A DNA stretch of 64,000 bases from the NCBI GenBank assembly GCA_020184695.1, contig JAANOX010000241.1:62001-126000 (forward strand). Direction: 5' to 3'. Below the pieces are notes generated by a model. The model saw only the letters and a list, made by a program, of their open reading frames with translations. It did not search any database and had not been told where the DNA came from. Below are positions 32,612-43,711 of this stretch, piece after piece; positions within the stretch are counted from its first letter, which is position 1, and the number at the start of each line of letters is the position of its first letter. A program made the position numbers and the translations under genes. Source of the DNA: Histomonas meleagridis 2922-C6/04-290x (lineage: Eukaryota > Protista > Parabasalia).

Positions 32612-34921
32612 ATGAAGCAAGTGTATGTTTCCAATATTCCAACAAATGCAGATATGAGAGACCTAATTAATCTTTACAGAAAATACGGAGAAATATCTAG
32701 AATGAAAATTTTTAATCAGATTTACATTTGTGAATCTCGACCAGAATGGGGTGAACTTGAATATTCTTCTGGTATTGCGCTTATTGAGTTTACAACACGA
32801 TCAAGCGCATCCAAATGTATAAATGATGAGGAAGCACTAATTTTAGATGGATATGTTTTAAAACATCATAAAGATCCATCAAAAATCAAATCATTATTTA
32901 GCAAAGCCATTTTTATTTTTTTCACCAGTCCCACAGTTACTGTTGATTCTCTTAAAGAAAAATTTAAAGATTATCAAATTGAATCTCTCGAAATCATGCA
33001 TCCAGTTCGATATAACAAACCTGGCATGATTCTTGTTAGTTTTTGCAATATCTACACACGTGATAATGCTGTTGATAAATTCAATACTCCTGAATTTACA
33101 GCCGAACTTCCAAGTTATGATTTTGAATCTCTTTGTTTTGATGATGACGAAGACACAAAAATTCAACCAATCATCTTTGACCCTATGCAAAGTTCCAATT
33201 TCAACAATGTCCAATATCAATTATTTCTTGATTTTGAAATTCAATATTTAAATTCTATATATCGAGTTAACTCATTTCTTGCGTCACAACATTCCACTAA
33301 AATACGTAATCGTCTTCTTAATTCAAAGAAATCAAATCGATATTCAATTATCTCGAATGTTACAGCTAAAGGTCCATTTCACCTTGTTGTCAACACACTT
33401 GTGGGGGATCCTATTCGAATATTTCAAGACAATGCAGTATTTTTACTTCTTTGTTCATGGGATTTAGGGATTTCACAACTTGAACAAGCTTCACTTCAAC
33501 TCATCGATGATTTTGCTGATGAAGACGTCGTCATATTTTTTTGCAAAGAGCTTTATAAGTATAAACTCGACACATCAAAACATGTTCAACATCTCATACA
33601 AAATTTTGACAAGTTTCACAAAAATCCACTTTTCAGTACTTTACCCATGGACATCATTTCAGAAGTTTTACAATCTGATCATCTTAATGAATCAAGTGAT
33701 GAAGTTTCACGTTGGCTCTTTGATTTCTTTGAGCGGCATGATGATATTCGCTCCAGTTTAATTCCATTTATGGTCAAATATGCCGATTTAATGAGTAGTC
33801 AACAAGTTCGTTCTATTATCTCTAAGCCAGGCGCGAACTTAAATCAAATGCGGAGTTCATTAACAGGTGCATTAATCTCAAGTCCATCGAATGAAAGTGA
33901 AATTGATTCCGTTGGTCATGAATGTGGTCAAAGTGGAGTCTTTCGTTATATCAGTAACTTTTATGGGAAACCTGCTTCTGAAATCATCACGGTCACCGGT
34001 ACGAATAACTTACCTTTATTAATTGATCCACAATCCAATCCATATGAATGTTATGTATCACCATCCATTAAAAGTATGTGGATACAATTTGACTTTCGAA
34101 AACATCCATTTATTGTTAAGTCATATACATTACAATCACCATTAAGTGAAGGAGAAGATCAACAGCATTTAAAAAGTTGGAATTTATTAGGGTCAAATGA
34201 TGAACAATATTGGGAAACATTACATCAAGTAGAGAATGATTCATCTTTACATGGAAAAGGTAAAATCAACACATGGCATCTTACTAATAACAACACCGAG
34301 TATAAGTTTTTACGTATTTTAATGACGGGACCTAATTGGCAAGATAACCATATCTTAGCGTTACAAACGATTGAGTTTTATGGTAATTTTACCAAGAATA
34401 AAGACATGGCATTATATGTTCCCGGTAAAGAATGGAATGGAATCTTCGGTTATTTATATAAAATGTTCCCTACAAATCCAATACATATTGGAGAAGTAAA
34501 AATTAAAACTGCTGCTGACCCCGATAATTTAATTAACCCGCAGTTTATGGGTAATAACTTTATTTGGAGATCAAGTAAGTCTTTAGTACCGCCTTTTCTA
34601 ATGTTTGATTTTAAGAATATGTTAGTGAGTGTTGATAAATATGTGTTTAAAACTGGTAATGGAAATTCGATTCCAACTTTGTTGGAATTACAAGGCTCTG
34701 AGAATGGTATAATGTGGGAAAATATAGACACAAGAAGATGTAGAAATGACTTGAAACAATGGTCAGAACAGGTGTTTAATTTGGAGAAAAGATCAAAGCC
34801 TTATAGACAGCTAAGAATAATTTTGGAGGCGCCGAATAAGGGAGGGCAAAACGTCTTCTGTTTGTCCGGAATCGAATTCTTCGGTAAAATTAGTATGGTC
34901 GATATGCCAACAGAAAATTAG
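32612..34921 (+). CDS. RRM + BTB-like + two F5/8 type C (discoidin) domain protein
   Basis: N-terminal VYVSNIP / GIALIEF (RNP motifs). WIQFDF...YTLQS...KSWNLLGSND...W and LMFDFK...LELQGSENG...W are discoidin patterns. Confidence 0.7.
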   Translation: MKQVYVSNIPTNADMRDLINLYRKYGEISRMKIFNQIYICESRPEWGELEYSSGIALIEFTTRSSASKCINDEEALILDGYVLKHHKDPSKIKSLFSKAIFIFFTSPTVTVDSLKEKFKDYQIESLEIMHPVRYNKPGMILVSFCNIYTRDNAVDKFNTPEFTAELPSYDFESLCFDDDEDTKIQPIIFDPMQSSNFNNVQYQLFLDFEIQYLNSIYRVNSFLASQHSTKIRNRLLNSKKSNRYSIISNVTAKGPFHLVVNTLVGDPIRIFQDNAVFLLLCSWDLGISQLEQASLQLIDDFADEDVVIFFCKELYKYKLDTSKHVQHLIQNFDKFHKNPLFSTLPMDIISEVLQSDHLNESSDEVSRWLFDFFERHDDIRSSLIPFMVKYADLMSSQQVRSIISKPGANLNQMRSSLTGALISSPSNESEIDSVGHECGQSGVFRYISNFYGKPASEIITVTGTNNLPLLIDPQSNPYECYVSPSIKSMWIQFDFRKHPFIVKSYTLQSPLSEGEDQQHLKSWNLLGSNDEQYWETLHQVENDSSLHGKGKINTWHLTNNNTEYKFLRILMTGPNWQDNHILALQTIEFYGNFTKNKDMALYVPGKEWNGIFGYLYKMFPTNPIHIGEVKIKTAADPDNLINPQFMGNNFIWRSSKSLVPPFLMFDFKNMLVSVDKYVFKTGNGNSIPTLLELQGSENGIMWENIDTRRCRNDLKQWSEQVFNLEKRSKPYRQLRIILEAPNKGGQNVFCLSGIEFFGKISMVDMPTEN

Positions 34922-35425
34922 CTTTGTTTGAGTGAATAAATAAATAATATTGGAATAAATGTAAAATATTTTATTTTTTGTCTTTTGGTTAATTTTTTAT
35001 CCTTTGCTTTTTTTTTTGTTGGTGATCATGAAAATTTATTAGTAAATACATCAGAGGTTTCATAATAAAAATATTTGTTGGAAGCTGAATCTAATTTTTT
35101 TGTTAACTTAAAATTTAAGTGATGTAATAAAGTATCATAACAAAAATAAACCCAATTAGATATTTATATTATATCCTACTTAAGTTTCGAGAAAAATAAA
35201 AATAACTTTCATCATATAATATTTTGTTTGCCAATTTAATTGAAAAATGAAGAAAATTTCTTTATTAATTTGTTATATATATTCATATGAAAAATAGGAT
35301 AATATTTGTTACTTAACCAAGATATCATCGTGATATTCTTCTCTCATTTTATTATTGTAAAAAAATGTAAAATTTAAATTTTATGAAAATACTCTAAATC
35401 ATATTTATTCATAATATTCATAATG

Positions 35426-36142
35426 CTATTCATCCTCGTTTTTTCGATAATCATTTTTCGAATGCGGTCCATTCGTTAAAAGAGGATCGCGAATTTTAAA
35501 TCCGAATTTTTGGAATTCGAAAACATGGAAATGGTCACGCATGTCATATTCAGGGTAAGAGAGAAGGAAAACTGCTGGGAACTCTGTTCCAAAGTAAGCT
35601 CCGTCGATACGTCGATCTTCTGGTGGCTGATATATATCCGCACATCGTGGGCAAAAAAGCTTAGCACAATGTCTGTTAGGAATGTGCGTAGTCCCAACTG
35701 GAAGTAGAGCTGTGCCTTTGCATGCCACACGGGGACATTTTCCATATCTTTTCTTTTTTATAGATTTTCTTTTCATCATGGAAAGACCTGGACTAGTAGT
35801 AATCCACCTCGAATGAAGGAGGCCATACAAATGTTTTGCCTGATCATGAATGGATTTAATTTCATCATCTGTAAGATATTCCCATTCCTTTCCATGAGTA
35901 TCACAAATCATGCATTTTGCAAAATGCAGATTTGGAACAAACTTTTGAAATCCATAGTAGTTGAAATAATCGAGAGCATAATCAAGAAAAATGGTAACAA
36001 ACCAATTATTTTCTAATTTGGAACAAAATTGATGTATCCATGGTGTTATTTTTTTTGGGCATTTTTTGCAAGGACCTGCATATAGACTGTATCCGTCATA
36101 TTCGATAATTCTTCGTGGTAGCTTTTTGCGTTCCATCTGCAT
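35426..36142 (-). CDS. Casein kinase II regulatory (beta) subunit
   Basis: LYGLLHSRWITT-GL, YGKCPRVAC-G-LLPVG, AKLFCPRCADIY, IDGAYFGT-FP. Confidence 0.9.
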   Translation of the reverse strand: MQMERKKLPRRIIEYDGYSLYAGPCKKCPKKITPWIHQFCSKLENNWFVTIFLDYALDYFNYYGFQKFVPNLHFAKCMICDTHGKEWEYLTDDEIKSIHDQAKHLYGLLHSRWITTSPGLSMMKRKSIKKKRYGKCPRVACKGTALLPVGTTHIPNRHCAKLFCPRCADIYQPPEDRRIDGAYFGTEFPAVFLLSYPEYDMRDHFHVFEFQKFGFKIRDPLLTNGPHSKNDYRKNEDE

Positions 36143-36231
36143 TTCTGTTGTTGTCTGGTCATATCACCTAAATCCCCTTTTTTGAGACCATTTTAATCGT
36201 TGAGATAAGGAAAAGTTATTGTGTCAAAATA

Positions 36232-38935
36232 ATGGAGATAGAAAAGTTTGAAAATTCACCAGAATTTGATGAACTTCTTCAGTGTGTTAAAAGCCTAGAG
36301 AAAACTGAATTATCTTCGAATCAAATACAAATTCTTTATGAAAAAATTAAATCATTTTTAAACTTAATTGGTGATCCATTAAAAAGTTCGCAAACAACCA
36401 TTGGTACCAAATTTACTAACATGTTCGTTCAGTTAACTACTTTGCTATTAAGTCAAAATCATTTTTCTAATGAAATAATTCGATTGAATTTAAAAAATAT
36501 AGAAAAACTAATTTTTAATTTAAATGAAACAAACATTCAAAAAACAATTCCATCAATAATGGAATTATTCGATACCAAATATCCTTATTCATCAAGTTTA
36601 CTTATTAGTAAATTACTTTATTCATTTTATATTTCAAAACCAAACGTAAATATTGTTATTGACTCTTTAAAAGAACTACAAACGAAAAATGTTGAAATAT
36701 TAAATGTTTTTACCGAATATTTAATGAGAACAAAAACACAAGAATCGAATTTCATTCTTGAAAAATTACTTGAGCATAATTTAGTTAAACCAAGTATAGT
36801 TAAATATAAAGATATATGTTATTTTGCATATTTGGATACATTAAAAGAATTTCCACAAAGTAGTTATCCTTCTGACTTTATTTCTAACATTAATGAGTTG
36901 TCAAAAGATGATTGGAAACTTCATAAACAATTAATCCACGAAGCAATTAATCCAAATGAAATTGCAAAAATTCTTCGCAATGATAATTTAGAAGAATTAC
37001 AAAATATTTCATCACAAAATAATTTCAATTTTAATCAAAAAATTAAACCATCAATATACGAAAGATTTGATATGATTAACAAAAATAATGTTTCGTTAAT
37101 TGATTTCTGTGCATTTTTTGGTTCTGTTAAATGTTTTAAATATTTATTAATTAATGGAGCAAATGTTAAATCCACATTAAAATATGCAATTGCTGGAGAA
37201 AATGTTGAAATTGTTCATTTATGTAATCAAAATGAATCATCGTTTGATAACGTATTAGAAACAGCAATCGAATTTCATAGAAATGAACTTTTCCATTATT
37301 TCTATGATAAAATAAATCAAAAAAATTTGCAATCATTAGGTACTAAATGTATTCAAAGTTATAACTTTGAAATTTTTTCATTTTTAGAAGAACAAGGACT
37401 ACAAATTGATCAAGAAATAATAAATGAATCCAAATTTTCTGGAAACATATTTTTTGTTCAATATTTTAAAATTAAATACACATTACATTATAATGAAAGT
37501 AGTTGTATACATTATTTAATGAAATCAGGAAATGTTGAATTATTTGATTATTTAATTGATATGGGAATGAAAAATGCAAAACGTGAAATTAATATTTTTA
37601 ATATATAGTTTTCTTGAATGATTTTGTTTTTCTATTTAGTAAATAATTTTTCTTTGAGTTTTATAATGCTTTATTAACTGCTGCTCAAATTGGTGATTAT
37701 GGAATTGTTAAATCATTACTTAAATATGAAAATATTGATGTTAATACAATGGATATTTTTAAAAAAAATTTATAGTTAAATCATATTATTTAATGATTTA
37801 TATTAAAATTAAATAAAACACCACTTTATTTTGCAGCTCAAAATGGTCATCTTAATATTATGAAGTTACTTTTTAAACAACCAGGCATTGATCTTAATGC
37901 ACATAATACTTATTTTTTAATTTTAAGGTTTATTTTATAAATTCGCTATATGTTAAATATATTTTATTTTTATTTCTATGATTTTGGACACCCCTTTTAA
38001 ACGCTGCATCAGATAATCGTGTTGAATCTGTTAAATTATTACTTAAACAAGAAGGAACTAATGTTAATGCATTAAATTTTTACTTGATTTATTTTGTTTT
38101 TTATTTTATAATGGCATGTATTAAAATAGTTTTTGGAATTTTTTAAATTTTTGTACTGCTCTAGTTGTTGCAGCATCTTCCAATTTCATTGATGTTATTA
38201 AATTACTTTTAAAACGAAAAGATCTGAATGTAAATGCAGGTGATGAATTTTTGTTTCATTTCGAATCTTATTTGATAATTTATAAATTACTTATATCATT
38301 TGGTGATTGCTCTAATAATTTCAGACTGCACTAATAATTGCAACTAAGAATAACAACGCTGAAATTGTTAAACTATTACTTGAACATAAAGATATAAATG
38401 TTAATGCAGCTGATGTTTTTTTATTTTATTTCGAATCTTATTTGATTATATAATATTTATTCACATAACTTGATATTTATTTACATAATTTAATGATTAT
38501 TTTGAAAGATTCTAACATCACTACATATTGCAGTTGATAGGAATTACACTGAAGTTGTTAAATTATTAATTGAACATAAGGATATAAATGTTAATACAAT
38601 TGATGTTTTTTTATTTTATTTAAAATTTCTTTGCATAATTTAATATTTATTTACATGGTTTGATAATTATTTAAATGACTTCGAACACCACTAATTGTTG
38701 CAGTACAAAAAAGTTATACTGAAATTGTTAAATTATTGGTTGAACATGAAGAAATTGATATTAATGCAAAAGATGTTTGTTAATTTTATATAAAATTTAT
38801 TTAAGCAATTTTCGGTTTTAAATATGTTTTTGGAATCTCTATAATTTGTTTCACGATGCACTTTATTATGCAGAGAATGGAAAGAATTTAGAAATTATTA
38901 AAATCCTCAATGAGAAAATGGGTGTAAGTACGTAG
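36232..38935 (+). CDS. DUF3447/ankyrin-repeat protein, locus 3; eight interrupted repeats
   Basis: The simple ORF stops at 37608. Eight further stop-free ankyrin segments separated by spacers end at TAG 38933-38935. Confidence 0.85.
37600..38848 (+). other. Eight ankyrin spacer elements (37600-37658, 37761-37811, 37914-37981, 38084-38148, 38251-38318, 38421-38508, 38611-38678, 38781-38848)
   Basis: Lengths 59, 51, 68, 65, 68, 88, 68, 68 nt, all at the D-x-x | x-x-T junction. Confidence 0.8.
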
Positions 38936-39386
38936 AAAGCATTTTTATATTCCTACCAAAATAAAAAACTTTGAACTTTATCTTGAAAATTTTATGTTTT
39001 TTTTTTTTTTTTTTTAATGATCAATTCTAAAATGTAGTAAAATGATATGCTAAAACTTAATTTAATTAAATTAATTTTTAACATTTCTTCAAAACATCAG
39101 AATTTAGATCAATTAATATTGAAAATGGATCAGGGAGTTGGTCATTTCATTGTGAATATGTGAATATCCTGCGAACTTTAAAAGAAATTCATATATTTCA
39201 CTTGTTTCTGTTTTCAAATGATAAACTAATAAACCTATGAAAAAGTGAAATTTTGAACCTTTTACTTAACCAACCAATGAAATGATAATTCAATTTTTGG
39301 AGGTTTATTCCGGCACCCTTCTTTAAACGCACCAAACCGTTCTAAATTTGAATGACCAGTTAAAGCATTGAAAAACGCTAAAAGAT

Positions 39387-40975
39387 ATGGAGGCCGATCT
39401 AGCAACACCACCATTCCGAGCTGAAATTGGACCATACGTTCTTTCTAAAACTCTCGGTGAAGGGATTACATCAAAAGTTAAATTAGCATTCCACAAAGAA
39501 ACAGGACAACAAGTTGCTATTAAAATTATTTCAAAAAGTCTCTTCCTCGAAAATGAAGAACTTCAGCTAAAAGTGAAACGCGAAGTTGCACTAATGAGGC
39601 TTGTACAACATCCAAATATCATGAAATTATATGATGTTTTAGAATCAAAAAGACATCTATATATTATACTTGAATACGAAGAACAAGGAGAACTTTTTGA
39701 TTACCTTGTAACAAATCATTTCTTCCAAGAAGATGTTGCAATGGAATTATTCAGACAAATTGTCTTAGCTGTTGGTTATCTTCATTCTTTGGGAATATGT
39801 CATCGAGACTTAAAGCCAGAAAATATTTTACTTGATGCTAACAAGCGAATTAAACTTGCAGATTTTGGATTTGCAAGATGGGTTAGAGAAAATATGCAAA
39901 CTGAAACATCATGTGGGTCACCTCACTATGCTGCTCCTGAAATTATCCGTGGTCAACCTTATGATGGACGGGTATCTGATATTTGGAGTCTTGGTGTAAT
40001 ATTATATGCTTTGCTTGCAGTATGTTTTTTTGGTCCCCAAGTGATTTTTTGGGGCCCATGTATATTAAATCTAACACATAGGGATATTTGCCATTTGATG
40101 ATTCATCAATCAGAAATCTTCTTAATAAAGTCAAGAGAGGTGTCTATCAGATGCTCAACTTCTCCCCTGATGTCCAAGACTTAATCCGACGAATGTTAAC
40201 AGTTGATGTTACCCAACGTATTACTCTTGATGAAATAGTTCAACATCCAGCCTTTCGAATTGGTCTTATGCCATCATATATTCCACCCTCTCCGATTCCA
40301 TTTCCTAAGTTCTTTCGGGCTATTGATGTTAATAATATTCCACCAGCCATTATTGAAATACTTAGTCAGATTGGGATATCTGGTAATGATCTTTATAACG
40401 ATCTTCAATCCACCGAAAACAACATGACAAAAGTATTTGTTGTCATGTTAACAAATCAGTTCATTGATTTGGACCAACTTCCATGGGAATGCGCATATTC
40501 GGGGTACCCCGTACCGTTAATCAATTCGACCGTTAACACGCCGATCAGCATTTCAAGTGATCCATCAGTATCTACAAGTAGTAACACATTATTTAGACAA
40601 AATCCAAAGAAACCTATACAAAGCCAATCACTTGAAATGTATTCATTTGCACAAGCAAGTGATTTTAATATCATTCGAGAAACAAATGTGAATGAATATT
40701 TAGATTCATATACAATTAATACGGCCGGAATATCTGTTTGGAGTATCTTTGGCTCAATTCAGTTATTACTTGCAGATAAAGAAGTACAATGGTTTCATCC
40801 AGATCCATTAACAATGTATATAAGAACAATGGATACTTTGTTTTATGTAAGCATAAATGCAAAGTTCACAACGCCAAGTGATGTGTCATTAAGGTTATTG
40901 TTACATAAAGGGGATACAGAAATGTTTCAATCATTAGGAATCCAAATAGAAAAGACTTTGACTTCACTTTCTTGA
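39387..40975 (+). CDS. CAMKL (AMPK/BRSK-like) kinase, two exons (39387-40019, 40082-40975)
   Basis: LGEG, VAIK, HRDLKPEN, DFG, CGSPHYAAPE. Splicing joins YALLA to GYLPFDD in frame. Confidence 0.92.
40020..40081 (+). other. Canonical trichomonad spliceosomal intron (62 nt, phase 0)
   Basis: 5' GTATGT and 3' TCTAACACATAG, close to the known trichomonad ACTAACACACAG branch/acceptor motif. Removal restores the kinase frame. Confidence 0.92.
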
Positions 40976-41231
40976 GAAAATCATCAATTAAAACATTTTA
41001 TTAATGAATTTTTGAGATCTTTCAATAAAGAAAATATACAAAAAATTATTTTTTTTAATAGTTAACTGATTCAAAAAAATGTTTATAAATGCAATAACAC
41101 TTTTCACTCATTTTATATAACAAATAATTTCTATCAAGCATGAACACCACTGTCGTGATAAATTATGAAATTATTAAGTATTCCCACCCTTGAATTCACA
41201 TAATTTCTTTGTATGGGAGGAAGCCAAAGTT

Positions 41232-42160
41232 ATGCAACAACTTACAAAGGAAATCTTCAAATATTACAAGATCTAGAAAAAATTATATTTGATTTAAATG
41301 AAAATAACATTGATCAATGATTTCATTTAGTTGAATCTTCATTAAATTACATTTGTTTAGAATTTCAATATTCTTTTCTTCATATCATTTGTAGAATTAC
41401 TTATTCATATTTCGTATCACGTGGCTATGAAAAATTATGTTTCAAGTATTTACAAACAATTGAAACAAAGTCAAGTTAAAAAATCATCAACGTTTTCACA
41501 CAATTATTATTAGCAATTTATAGTCAAGAATCAAATTATCTTCTTGAAAAAATGATTGAAGACGAAATAATTGAACCAAAAATTATCCAAACATATTTTA
41601 TGCATTATTTCCCAGAAAAAGAAAATATTAACAAGCAAACAGAAGAACTTAAAGAGAATAATTTTGAACTTCATAAGCAATATGTTAAAGAAGGAGTTAA
41701 TCCGAATGAAATTGCAAAAATAATTCGAAATGATGAAATATCAAAACTTGTGGCTTTTTTTGTTACAACAGTAATTTAAATAATAAAAAATATCATTTCT
41801 ATGGAATTCAATTGCTGTTTCATATGCATCTTTAAACGATGAATGATTTTGTTCGCATAAATGAATGATTTCTTCATTCCCACCTACAACTGCATATTTG
41901 CCTGTATTTTCTAATTTTGCTCCATTCATAAGTAAATGTTTAAAACATTTAACTAAAGAAAAAAATTCTGCATAATCAATTAATGTAATAATGCAAAATA
42001 ACCAATTCCAATAATAAGAATTAATAACGATTACATTGAATTTGAACATTATTTTGATGCAAACATAAGTGCTGTTTGAAATAATTTAAATAATTTCCAA
42101 ATATTATTTTGAAATATAAAATCATTTTAATAAAATTTAAACAAATTTTTCAAACATTTT
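41232..42160. pseudogene. Rearranged DUF3447/ankyrin relics (+ strand fragment 41232-41750; - strand fragments 41750-42160)
   Basis: The + fragment has in-frame stops. The - fragment carries TLIDYAEFFSLVKCFKHLLMN plus one spacer element at about 42082-42149. Confidence 0.8.
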
Positions 42161-42899
42161 GTTTTGTATATATTTATGGTTAATAAGGTAATTAAGCAGT
42201 TCTTTATTACCAGAAAAACTTGAAATATCTGTAAATTTTATTGGTATTGAAAATAAATAAATTCCAATTATCAATTGATGCAATAAGAATAAGTTTATCA
42301 GATTGCATTCCTTCTTTTTCTATAAATGAAAGAATATTATACTTGTCACACAAAACACATTTCTTTCCTAATAATTCTAAATATGAATATTCTTATAATT
42401 TTCATTTAAATAATGAAAAATATTTTTCATATCAAAACTTCAAGAAATAACATGGTATTAATAACATACATTTGGAGATTAATTTCATCAATAAAAATGT
42501 CTCCTTATTTTAATATTCTTAGCGAAGAATTCGGATTACCTCCGACAGAGTTCATTTTTTATCGATTTTTGAAACTCAAATATCTTTTTATGTATCATAA
42601 TTTTTTGAAATTAAATTGCATTATTCGATATAATAACAATTTAAAAAATTCTGTTTTGCTTTAAAGCTCAATTTTTTGTAAAAAAAATTGGAAGAAAAAA
42701 TCGTTTGCATTTTTTTTTACTTTTTTTTCACATATACTTGATATTTTATGATGAAAAGATCTTCATTCTATTGGAAATTTGCTGAAGTTATAATTAAATT
42801 AAAAATTTCAAACTCAATTTTAAATAAAAAACAACTTCCGAAAAATAAATACTTAATACAAAGGTAAGAGGTTCTTATAAGGGGAAAAGTATTTAATAA

Positions 42900-43620
42900 A
42901 AGTTGATTTTTATAGATCTTTCCAAGAGTTAATTATATCCTGTTCTGTTATCTTTTGAGACCAACATTACAAAAGTATACAGATTGCATCAACGATGTTA
43001 TAATAATTTTCCTATACCATTTTTCGTTCAAACATTGAACATGCTTGGGATTTTAAAATGCCAAAAATCGTTACTCCAGCGGCTGCCATTCATCTGCCGG
43101 TACAAACGTCAAGCCAATTTCAATATTTGCTGCTTTTCCTTTAACTAAATCAGATCTGTGGTACGCATTTAAATCTCATAAAACTTTAAAAATGTATCCG
43201 TTTTTGTATTTCTTCAGTCATTTCAGATCTCTCATCACTCCATCCACTCTCTGAATGGTCAATAAATAACTTCTTTTGACGAATACATTGTTGAAATCAA
43301 GGATCTTCGCGATATTTCTTTTCACATTTCGGTGCTTCCCTTTTTGATATCAGTACAGACGACCAATCAGTATTCGAATTAAGATGATAATTTGCGAATG
43401 CTATTCGATCCTGTCGTTGCTGATCAGTTAAATAAAAAGTATGCTCGATTTACTTAGGCGTCTGTATTGCCACGGAAAATTTCCATCATACCTTTCTGCC
43501 TTTTTGTTACCATATAATTGGGCATTGTTAAAAGCAACGTTTTGAGATGACCAATGACCTATCGTTCTATCGTTGTAATTCGCGAATTTCTTGTCAATTT
43601 GTAGATTTGTCTGGTCGTTA
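42900..43620 (-). mobile_element. Degraded Tc1/mariner-pogo superfamily transposase remnants
   Basis: LTDQQRQDRIAFANYHLNSNTDWSSVL (43351-43431) is Tc1-like. LNAYHRSDLVKGKAA and FVPADEWQPL-VTIFGILKSQA (43040-43174) are DDE_1/pogo-like. Many stops and frameshifts. No TIRs found. Confidence 0.7.
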
Positions 43621-43711
43621 TCTGTAGATACTTAACGTATTTTTTGAGAAACAAGTTTGTTTTAAATTCAATACAGTCTGGGCAATTCAACTTTCGGCGG
43701 AGTAGAGGAAT

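Noticed and set aside
37591-38935. CRISPR-like repeat-spacer array (about 170-nt period)
   Set aside because: The host is eukaryotic, the units are too long and degenerate, the intervening blocks encode ankyrin repeats, and there are no cas genes.
43672-43690. TA-CAGTCTGGGCAA as a Tc1-like terminal inverted repeat
   Set aside because: It points away from the transposase remnant, and no matching inverted copy was found.
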